DNA of 32,000 nucleotides from Candidatus Saccharimonadota bacterium. Lineage in GTDB: Archaea > Nanohalarchaeota > Nanosalinia > Nanosalinales > Nanosalinaceae. The DNA is taken from positions 1,086,575 to 1,118,574 of the forward strand of contig CP012986.1 of assembly GCA_001761425.1 (NCBI GenBank). Direction: 5' to 3'. This document shows positions 7,347 to 14,997 of the stretch, piece by piece; position 1 is the first letter of the stretch; each line of letters starts with the position of its first letter. Under the pieces are notes generated by a model that saw nothing but the letters and a program-made list of their open reading frames with translations, was not told the DNA's origin and did not search any database. The position numbers and the translations under genes are program-made.

Positions 7347-7748
7347 TCAAAGTTTCTGTTTTATCTCTTCTACGGTTTTTTCAGCTTCTTCGAGGTCGCC
7401 TCTGTTATAGGTTACATCCAGTTCGTTTCCCTCGTAGATCGGTGTGACATGGAAGTGTAGATGGAATACTTCCTGCCCTGCCTTTTCACCGTTGTTCTGT
7501 GCGATGTTGATTCCATCTGGGTTGAACGCTTTTTCCAGAGCGTTTGAGACGTTGACAAGGCCTTCGTGGAGGAAGTTCATTCCTCCGGCTTCATGGATTG
7601 TTTCGACGTGTTTCTTCGGTATTACCAGTGTGTGGCCTTTTGAGACCGGGTTTGCGTCGAGGATTGCGATTATGTTTTCGTCTTCATAGATCTTGTGGGA
7701 TGGTATTTCGCCGTCGATTATCTTGCAGAATATGCAGTCGTCTGTCAT
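7347..7748 (-). CDS. HIT-family (histidine triad) nucleotide hydrolase/transferase
   Basis: CIFCKI..GE.P...Y.D.......D..P...GH.L..PK.H and the triad HLHFHV. Confidence 0.9.
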   Translation of the reverse strand: MTDDCIFCKIIDGEIPSHKIYEDENIIAILDANPVSKGHTLVIPKKHVETIHEAGGMNFLHEGLVNVSNALEKAFNPDGINIAQNNGEKAGQEVFHLHFHVTPIYEGNELDVTYNRGDLEEAEKTVEEIKQKL

Positions 7749-7862
7749 AGATTGTTTTTGTGGTTGAGGCCTTTTTTCTGTTTCTGTGGAGTTTAGTGAA
7801 GTTTTGTGTTAGACTTTGGTATTAATTGAGTTATTTAAACCAGGGATAGCATTTTTCTGTGT

Positions 7863-8864
7863 ATGGAAAGGACCGATATTGCTTTAGGTCTGGGTGCTTT
7901 AGCCCTGGTTATTTCTGTCGGCGTTGCTGTCCAAGTTACGACTCAAAACAACGGATCTGTTGATTCATTGAACGAGTCTGAGGTCACTGATATTGCCGAA
8001 GGTTTGGATAGCGAGCAGTCGAGCAGGTATGGGGAGCCGCTTTACGCTGGCTCTTCTATGGGCTATGTGATTGATTTCCCTAACGGAGAGAGCTTTTACG
8101 TTTCAGGAGATACTGGTCCTATGTGGACCCTTGAGAATTATGTGAAGGATTCTCTTGATCCTTCTGTATCGTTCTTCTCCACAGGGAATGTCTACACTGC
8201 AGATATGGAGACAGGAGCCGAGATGGCTTCCCAGGTTGATTCCGAAGTCTCCATTCCTATCCACTATGGAACTTTCCCATTCCTTGATCAGGATACTGAT
8301 GAGTTCGAGAACAGACTCTCTGAGCTTAGAAGTCAGGGAGAGACCAGTTCTGAATCAAGGACCCTTGAGACAGGAGAATGGGAAACCATCAGAGGCGTAG
8401 AGACCATGTGGGTAGGCCACGGAACTATGTTCTTTAAAGGCCCTGAGGGGACGGATATCATGGTTGATCCTTGGATCAAGACCAATCCGAAAGCTCCTGA
8501 GTCATGGAAGAACGATAGTTCCAACATCCCTGAGACAGATATGATCTTGATTACCCACGGACATCTCGATCACTTCACACCATCTATGATCGAGACACTT
8601 CAGGAACAGCACAACTCGACAGTTGTAGCTGAGTGGGAACTGGCTGGACATATGGCGAATCAGGGATTCTCCAACACCGTCGCCGTCAACAAAGGAGCTG
8701 ACCTAGACAAGTCAACTCTGAAAGGCGCAGGTGCTACTGGAGCAATCGAAAGAGTCTCAGACGACATCAATCTGCATACAGTCTGGGCAAAGCACTCTTC
8801 ATCACCCGCAACATCACTTGGAGACGCATTCGGAATAGCAGTTGAAGGAGAAATCACAGAGTAA
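7863..8864 (+). CDS. Membrane-anchored metallo-beta-lactamase-fold (UPF0173-like) hydrolase with permuted domain order
   Basis: N-terminal TM helix. Residues ~60-150 carry the family's C-terminal motifs (FYVSGDTG, PIHYGTFPFL). Residues ~184-333 carry the N-terminal motifs (W.GHGT, VDPW..NPKAP, ILITHGHLDHF). TATA-like TTATTTAAA at 7831-7839 is centred 27 nt upstream of the ATG. Confidence 0.75.
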   Translation: MERTDIALGLGALALVISVGVAVQVTTQNNGSVDSLNESEVTDIAEGLDSEQSSRYGEPLYAGSSMGYVIDFPNGESFYVSGDTGPMWTLENYVKDSLDPSVSFFSTGNVYTADMETGAEMASQVDSEVSIPIHYGTFPFLDQDTDEFENRLSELRSQGETSSESRTLETGEWETIRGVETMWVGHGTMFFKGPEGTDIMVDPWIKTNPKAPESWKNDSSNIPETDMILITHGHLDHFTPSMIETLQEQHNSTVVAEWELAGHMANQGFSNTVAVNKGADLDKSTLKGAGATGAIERVSDDINLHTVWAKHSSSPATSLGDAFGIAVEGEITE

Positions 8865-8923
8865 AAATCTCCTTCAACTCCCTTCCATTTATTTTAAACA
8901 AGACAAAGAACGTGAAACAATAC

Positions 8924-9964
8924 ATGAAGATCAGAACGATAATGATAGCAAGCTTCCTGTTCATCGCAGGGTTCACACCAGCACTGACATTTGCAACACA
9001 ACAGGCAGTAGCAGACACAAACCAGGAAGCAAAAGACAGGATAGACAGCTCACTAAAAGTGATAGAGAACAGCAAAACAACATTTGACTCATCAGAAAAA
9101 ATGCTAGAACAACTAAAGACAGTACAGAGGCAACTGGATAACGGAGAGATCTCAAAAGCAATAGATACTGCAGAAAAACTTTCAGAAAATTACAAAGACT
9201 TCCTTGAAGCCAGTAAAGCCCTTGAAGAACATGTAAATAACTCTGATACTGGGTCAGGCCTCCAGGCAGAACTCGAGACTATAAGAAATGCCAAGGAAGG
9301 TATGAGCGAACAGATAAGGTACGTCACAAGTGGAGTAAGAACAGGGTCTACACTCTCAACTACTGCAATAAATAACTTTCAGTCAGACTTCCAGAAAGTA
9401 GCATCTGCCTCTGCCACAATAAACGCCGAGATAGTCGAGAGCCAGAGCCAGGAACTTGTAGGCCTGCACGAAAGCCTGGGAGATCTAAGCAATCAGATCG
9501 TTGCAATGGGAGGCCTTGTAGTGTTCATATCTGTTATCATCGCTCTCGGCGCATCAATCAGGCTCTCAAGGCCTATCAAACAGCTTTCCGAAGAAGCTGA
9601 AAAGATCAAACACGAGAACCTCGACGAGGTAAACCTTTCTAGGATCAATACCAGAGCTGACGAACTAACCGAGTTCAAGGAAGTGCTGAGCGATATGGTA
9701 CTGGCTCTGAAGGCAGAGTTCAACAGAGACAGAACGCAGATGAACGACTTGACTCTTGACGTGGTAAGTGAACTTGAGAACGAAGTTCCAAGAGGTACAG
9801 CAGAGTCCAGCGTGACTTCCGCATGCAACAGCATGGAAATCGATCCTATGGAGCTTTCAGAGGATGACATCCCCGAATTAGCGGATAAACTGGAGATATC
9901 GATGAGAGGCCTTCAGACTAACGAGGAAATCTTCGAGAACATACGGAACCTGAACTCCGAGTAA
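8924..9964 (+). CDS. Membrane protein with extracellular helical domain and cytoplasmic HAMP domain, no recognisable output domain
   Basis: Signal/TM1, about 170 aa of coiled-coil-like ectodomain, TM2, then RLSRPIKQLSEEAEKI...ADELTEFKEVLSDMVLAL (HAMP pattern). ATG 8924 preferred over GTG 8912 because TTTTAAA (8892-8898) is centred about 27 nt upstream. Confidence 0.65.
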   Translation: MKIRTIMIASFLFIAGFTPALTFATQQAVADTNQEAKDRIDSSLKVIENSKTTFDSSEKMLEQLKTVQRQLDNGEISKAIDTAEKLSENYKDFLEASKALEEHVNNSDTGSGLQAELETIRNAKEGMSEQIRYVTSGVRTGSTLSTTAINNFQSDFQKVASASATINAEIVESQSQELVGLHESLGDLSNQIVAMGGLVVFISVIIALGASIRLSRPIKQLSEEAEKIKHENLDEVNLSRINTRADELTEFKEVLSDMVLALKAEFNRDRTQMNDLTLDVVSELENEVPRGTAESSVTSACNSMEIDPMELSEDDIPELADKLEISMRGLQTNEEIFENIRNLNSE

Positions 9965-9971
9965 GACCATG

Positions 9972-9979
9972 TTTAAAAG
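9972..9979 (+). promoter_or_regulatory. TATA-like box TTTAAAAG upstream of tRNA-Glu
   Basis: Read directly. Centred about 34 nt before the mature tRNA 5' end. Similar boxes precede the other two tRNAs. Confidence 0.45.
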
Positions 9980-10009
9980 TATTAACGCCACCACTCATAT
10001 CACGGAGTT

Positions 10010-10084
10010 GCGGCAGTAGTGTAGTCTGGCCAATCATCTCGGCCTTTCGAGCCGAAGACCCGGGTTCAAATCCCGGCCGCCGCA
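10010..10084 (+). tRNA. tRNA-Glu (anticodon UUC)
   Basis: Manual cloverleaf: acceptor GCGGCAG/CCGCCGC (A6-C67 mismatch), D arm GTGT-AGTCTGGCCAA-TCAT, anticodon stem TCGGC/GCCGA with loop CTTTCGA, T arm CCGGG-TTCAAAT-CCCGG, discriminator A. No encoded CCA. T-tracts follow. Confidence 0.9.
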
Positions 10085-10148
10085 TGTTTAGTAAATTTTT
10101 CCTGAGTTTTTTATCTTGAGAAAGATACTGCGGAATTAACTGAGGCTT

Positions 10149-10685
10149 TTATTCGGATACGTTTTCTTTTTTCTGGAAGACGCATTTTTCGTCTCCTGCG
10201 GCTTTACACTTTGTCTCTGTGAACTGTCTGTCGCTGGAGTATACTCTCTGGTAGGCTCCTGTAAGCATCCCTGTGAGGAAGTAACAGACTTTTTTCTCTT
10301 CGTAGTCTGCTTTCAGGTGTTCTTCGGCTGTAGGAGAGGATTTGACTGCGATCTGTTCTTCCTCGACGGTCATCTTTGAATAGCCCATGAACTGTAGAAG
10401 TGCTAGGAAGTTTGCGAACATATCGTCCTCTTCTTTTTCATCTATTACCTCGAGAAGTTCTTTGCCGTACTCCTGGCCTGTCTCACGTATTATGCCTCCG
10501 GCTGCTCCGGAGTAGAGTTCTGAGAGAGATTCCATGATGTCGGACATGAAATAATCAGCTCCCATTATGTTGAATCTCTTGCCTTCATAGTTTATTTTCC
10601 CGTTTTCATCTCCCTCGAATTTTTCGGAGACCCTTATCTCCCAGAAATAGTTTTCTTTCAGGTCATTCACTTTTTCAGGATTCAT
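10149..10685 (-). CDS. V4R (4-vinyl reductase-type) domain protein
   Basis: C-terminal V4R pattern CYFLTGMLTGAYQ...ETKCKAAGDEKCVFQ. Paralogue of the upstream gene. Start uncertain: 10685 (MNPEKV) or 10706. Confidence 0.7.
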   Translation of the reverse strand: MNPEKVNDLKENYFWEIRVSEKFEGDENGKINYEGKRFNIMGADYFMSDIMESLSELYSGAAGGIIRETGQEYGKELLEVIDEKEEDDMFANFLALLQFMGYSKMTVEEEQIAVKSSPTAEEHLKADYEEKKVCYFLTGMLTGAYQRVYSSDRQFTETKCKAAGDEKCVFQKKENVSE

Positions 10686-11295
10686 CGGAAACCACCTCGA
10701 AAACACAGTACTCTTTTTCTATAGATTCACATCTACATTCCACTTCTTCTCCTTCAACCTCTTTCTCCCAGAAGTAGGATGAAAGGCCTATAAGCACTCC
10801 AAGAAGGAATTTACATTCTTTTCTACCAGTTGTACCGTAACTGTATGATTCAAACGTGTTGTAGGCCTTTATCCTGATTTTTTCTCCGTCTTCGTATTCT
10901 TCTATCTCTGTTCGGCCAAGCCAGCCGACGAAGGTTCCGTAACCTAGTATCTTCTTTAACTGTGATTCATTGTCTGTTGGCTTGAGAGCTTTTACCCCTC
11001 CTACATCGAATCCTGACTTCCAGAGAAGGCTCAGTATCTCTTTATTGGATGTCTCATTGAACTGGGCATCCATCTTTCCGCCTATATTTTTTCCTGCTCT
11101 TTCACCAAACTCCTGTATCCTGCTCTGGATCACAGGGCCTGCGACGTCTTCCATGTTATGAAAGATTTTGGCAAAGACGTTTGTATCCATGAAGACGAAT
11201 CTGCGGTTAGCATAACTTCTGACGGCTTCCTCATCTACATCTAGGTCTATCAAATGAGGTGCCAACCTGTAGAATGCGTTGTACGAATCTCCCAC
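10675..11295 (-). CDS. V4R (4-vinyl reductase-type) domain protein
   Basis: C-terminal V4R pattern CKFLLGVLIGLSS...EVECRCESIEKEYCVFEV. GTG start. Overlaps the downstream paralogue. Confidence 0.7.
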   Translation of the reverse strand: MGDSYNAFYRLAPHLIDLDVDEEAVRSYANRRFVFMDTNVFAKIFHNMEDVAGPVIQSRIQEFGERAGKNIGGKMDAQFNETSNKEILSLLWKSGFDVGGVKALKPTDNESQLKKILGYGTFVGWLGRTEIEEYEDGEKIRIKAYNTFESYSYGTTGRKECKFLLGVLIGLSSYFWEKEVEGEEVECRCESIEKEYCVFEVVSDES

Positions 11296-11412
11296 ACTTA
11301 GTTATTAAGATGCTCTGGCTTATAAATTAGTGAGAAATTCAGGCCTCGAAAAAGGCCTTCCATCAGATGATTTTATATGTCGGGAAAACAGAATTGGATT
11401 ATAGTGTATAAT

Positions 11413-13014
11413 ATGGATATATCTAAGGCCTTGATGATTTCGACTTTCCTGATCGTTTTCACCGCTGGTGCTTCAGCTATCGGACCGGCGGAGTACGACG
11501 GTGATCTACAGGTAAACCTTGAGAGTGATTCTTTCGCACCGGGAGATGAGGTGAATGGAGATATCTCCGTTGCCAACTCCGATGAAAGGCCTGTAGTGGA
11601 TGGCTACGTTGTCGTAAACGTTGTGAGAGGTGAATCACCTTACTATCCATCTCAGAAGTCTGACAGGGACAATGTTTTCCACCAGGAGAAGATTGAAGAT
11701 ATAAATCTGAAGGCTGGCAACAGCAGAGATCTCGAGTTCAGCTACAGTCTTCCGGAGGATTTGAGGCCTGGAGATTACAGGGTTGAGGCCTATTTCAAGA
11801 ATGATAGAACCCCTGTAGACGGTCTTCCTTCGATTTATTCGACACCAAGACATGACTCCTTTACTGTTTCCGGTTCATCTGGAGATTATCCAGGCCTTGA
11901 TATTTCGAGGACCGAGACATACTTCACCGGTGTGGATGAAGCAGTCGGTGACTGGGATCCGGAATCACTTAACTTCAATGATACTAACTGGCCTTCGCTT
12001 ACAGGCCCTGTAGGTGTTTTAACAACAAATTCCATGGATACTGTAGAGGGCGAGGTCGTTATCGACAATCCTTCAGATTCAGGTAAATCCGCGAATCTTG
12101 AGGTAGTTGTATGTGAGTGGGACGATACAGCCTGTTCGAACAAGATCGATTCTGTGAGCAAATCTGTACAGGTTCCGGCCTCAGGTACTTCAGTTCCTGT
12201 AGAGGTTGAAAATCCTTCGGAACCAGGTGCTTACGCTGTGAAGATGAACGTCAGTGTTGACGACATGACTCACTCTATTTACAGGAACAGGATTATCAGA
12301 GAAGGTAATACTTCCAGGATCAGAAAACTTAGCGTCAACAGGCCTTACATAGGGTCAGGAGACCAGCTTTCCGTAGGCCTTGTTGCCGGTGCTTCGCCTG
12401 ATCATTACAATGATCCTTCAGCGGAAGGAGTTGATGCACAGGTTACAGTTGAAGCGGACGGTGAGGAGGTCTTCAGCAAGACTAAGGAGATCAATAGATT
12501 ATCGAATACGAATACTTTCGAACAGCTTTACTTTAACTCGACAGTAGACGATACTCTCACAACTTATACTGTTTCAGCCGAATTAAGTGCAAACGGAAAG
12601 AGTTACGATAGTTATTCATACGAAGTTGATTACAGCGACTTCAGAAACGAGGTTGAGAACGTAAGCCTGAGAAGCTATGAGTTTACAAATAGTTCTCTTG
12701 ACGCAGAGATTTGCGGTGAGACGGATTCAGGTGCGCCGGCTGCAGGAGAGGTTCAGGCCTTAGTGATGGAGAATGCGACGCTGATGGCTCAGGAAAATAA
12801 TCTTATTGAGGGCTGTTCGAGTTTCAAGTTTGAAGATGTAGATTCAGGTAACTACGAGCTTGTAGCGAATCATGGGAGTCAGACAAGATTCAATATCACG
12901 CCCGGAGGCCTTGAAGCGGACGAGGAAGAAGGAGGAGTTCCTTATGTTCCTTTGGTGATGGTAATGGTTTTGCTGGTTATCGCAGCAGTCTTTTACAGAG
13001 GTGTTAAAGAATGA
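11413..13014 (+). CDS. Acidic cell-surface protein with N-terminal signal sequence and C-terminal TM anchor
   Basis: MDISKALMISTFLIVFTAGASA signal. CARDB/Ig-like-looking beta-rich repeats (PGDYRVEAYF, PGAYAVKMNV). Many N-x-S/T sequons. C-terminal VPLVMVMVLLVIAAVFYRGVKE. ATG 11413 preferred because ATG 11377 lies inside the TATA-like TTTTATAT (11371-11378). Confidence 0.7.
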   Translation: MDISKALMISTFLIVFTAGASAIGPAEYDGDLQVNLESDSFAPGDEVNGDISVANSDERPVVDGYVVVNVVRGESPYYPSQKSDRDNVFHQEKIEDINLKAGNSRDLEFSYSLPEDLRPGDYRVEAYFKNDRTPVDGLPSIYSTPRHDSFTVSGSSGDYPGLDISRTETYFTGVDEAVGDWDPESLNFNDTNWPSLTGPVGVLTTNSMDTVEGEVVIDNPSDSGKSANLEVVVCEWDDTACSNKIDSVSKSVQVPASGTSVPVEVENPSEPGAYAVKMNVSVDDMTHSIYRNRIIREGNTSRIRKLSVNRPYIGSGDQLSVGLVAGASPDHYNDPSAEGVDAQVTVEADGEEVFSKTKEINRLSNTNTFEQLYFNSTVDDTLTTYTVSAELSANGKSYDSYSYEVDYSDFRNEVENVSLRSYEFTNSSLDAEICGETDSGAPAAGEVQALVMENATLMAQENNLIEGCSSFKFEDVDSGNYELVANHGSQTRFNITPGGLEADEEEGGVPYVPLVMVMVLLVIAAVFYRGVKE

Positions 13015-14996
13015 GAAAGAATCTAACATTGGTTTTGATAGGTTTAGGTTTAATTGCATCGGTTTCAGGTGCCGAGCCTGTACTGAACAATGAAAGCCCG
13101 GAAAATAATTCTGTTATTGACAGGACTTACTCGGAACTGCAAAATCAGGATATAACTCTAGGTATAAACGCGACGAACCCTGATGGAGATGTCAATGTTT
13201 CTTTCTTCAACGCGACCAGTGACGCTTTGATCGGTGAAAATACATCTGGAGGCCCTGTGTTCACCCAGTCATGGGATGTAAACGAGTTCAGGGAACATGA
13301 GTGGTATGTCAAGGCCTCGGGAGAAACAGGAAATAACACTAATACAACCAGTTCAGGGACTTTCAGTTTCGAGGTGAACAACCCTGACTCTACAGGTCCT
13401 ACGATAACATTTGATTCAACCCCGGACGATCCTACCCTGAACAGAGATGTCACCATCGAGGGAAGCCTTGATGAGGATGCTAGAGTAGAATACCGTGTGG
13501 ACGGAGGTAACTACAACAGTATCGCTGGAGGCTGGATGCAGAACTTTGACTTCGATGTTGAAGGCCTGAGTAATGGAGAGCATACTGTCACTGTTAGAGC
13601 CGAGGACAGATCAGGGAACACAAATACTAATTCTATTACCATCAGTGTAGCGGACGGTTCCGAGGTAACGTTTGATGTGAACGTAGATCAGTCTTATCCT
13701 CGTTCCGGGATCCCTATCGATCCTGACAGTGATCTTTATGAGAGAGAGACTAGTGTAGACTTTGATTTCAGCCTGGAAAGTGGAAGCCAAGACTATGATA
13801 TCTCTAACAGGTATGAAGACGGTATCTGTGACTTCAGAGGAGATGATGGCTGGCATCTCGGAAACGATTACTTCTGCGGTTCGGAAGTCCCTGCTAATAT
13901 TGATATAGGTTCTGGTAGCAAGGATTACGAGCTGGTAGCTGAATGGAATTTAAGAGGAGAAAATCACAGGAGAGTTCTGGACTCAAGTTTCTCAATAAGC
14001 GATACAGCAACTTGGTATTCCTCAAGCATGAGTCACGGTGGTAGAGTCGAAGGAGAGGTAAACCTGAATACCGAGTTTGATCGTGACTATGTATCGTACA
14101 ATGGTCAGAAAGTAACTTGTACCGGTAGCACCTACGAGGTAAACAACATCCAGGAGGTTACCGCTAGATGCAGCAACGGAGCGACTTCGACCAGTACGCC
14201 GCCAGTAGTTGCTTTCGTGAACAGAAACGGTGAGAAAGTTACCACGAACAACAACAATATGTTCGGGGACAATGACTGTAAGATTGGTGACGGAGTCACC
14301 AGACAGCAGCTTTTCGGAGTCGCAGGCCTTGATACTGACAACCAAGGTTACAATCCTCAGAACTGTAATATAGGATGGACTCTAGGAGGAGACTCAAGCT
14401 TTGAAGCACATACATTCTCCCAGCCGGGAGTATATAATGTATTTGTCGATTATCCAAATGCAATCTCAAACTCCCCAGACTATATCTGTCCGGCAAGAAC
14501 AGACAACAATAATCTCTGTGACTCAGGCTCAATCTCGGGAGATGAATCTGGATGGGACAATGTCGAACATGAATCGGTGAAAGTTGTAAGCACCGATGCT
14601 GAAATCACCGAATCCAGCTTCCCCGGGTCAGTGACTACCGATGTGAACGGAGATACATACATCAGGAGAAGTGATTACAGTGGAGACATTCAGGGAACGA
14701 TAGAATTTGAGAACACAGGAACAGGTATTGTAGAAGTGTCGAACATGAACTTTGACTGTCCTCAAGGAGTTGAATGTGAAGCCGTATCCGATCTATCAAA
14801 CAATCTTGAAGTAGAGGGAGGAGAAACTGTAGAAATTGTCTGGACCGCATCACCTGACGGAAGAACTACAGGAGAGATAAACGTGGAAATACAGTACGAT
14901 GACATATACGGTCTAAGCTGTGCCACGACAGAGCCATACTCTGAAACCTATTATCTAGATGAAGCTGATCCGGAGACTCAGGAGGGGGCGAATTAA
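13011..14996 (+). CDS. Secreted acidic, Cys-containing surface protein with Ig-like (D..SG...Y..DGG...D.SGN type) module
   Basis: Signal peptide MRKNLTLVLIGLGLIASVSGA. Module DEDARVEYRVDGGNYNSI...GEHTVTVRAEDRSGNTN. ATGA overlap with the upstream gene and GAGGTG 10 nt upstream. No C-terminal anchor. Confidence 0.75.
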   Translation: MRKNLTLVLIGLGLIASVSGAEPVLNNESPENNSVIDRTYSELQNQDITLGINATNPDGDVNVSFFNATSDALIGENTSGGPVFTQSWDVNEFREHEWYVKASGETGNNTNTTSSGTFSFEVNNPDSTGPTITFDSTPDDPTLNRDVTIEGSLDEDARVEYRVDGGNYNSIAGGWMQNFDFDVEGLSNGEHTVTVRAEDRSGNTNTNSITISVADGSEVTFDVNVDQSYPRSGIPIDPDSDLYERETSVDFDFSLESGSQDYDISNRYEDGICDFRGDDGWHLGNDYFCGSEVPANIDIGSGSKDYELVAEWNLRGENHRRVLDSSFSISDTATWYSSSMSHGGRVEGEVNLNTEFDRDYVSYNGQKVTCTGSTYEVNNIQEVTARCSNGATSTSTPPVVAFVNRNGEKVTTNNNNMFGDNDCKIGDGVTRQQLFGVAGLDTDNQGYNPQNCNIGWTLGGDSSFEAHTFSQPGVYNVFVDYPNAISNSPDYICPARTDNNNLCDSGSISGDESGWDNVEHESVKVVSTDAEITESSFPGSVTTDVNGDTYIRRSDYSGDIQGTIEFENTGTGIVEVSNMNFDCPQGVECEAVSDLSNNLEVEGGETVEIVWTASPDGRTTGEINVEIQYDDIYGLSCATTEPYSETYYLDEADPETQEGAN

Positions 14997-14997
14997 G

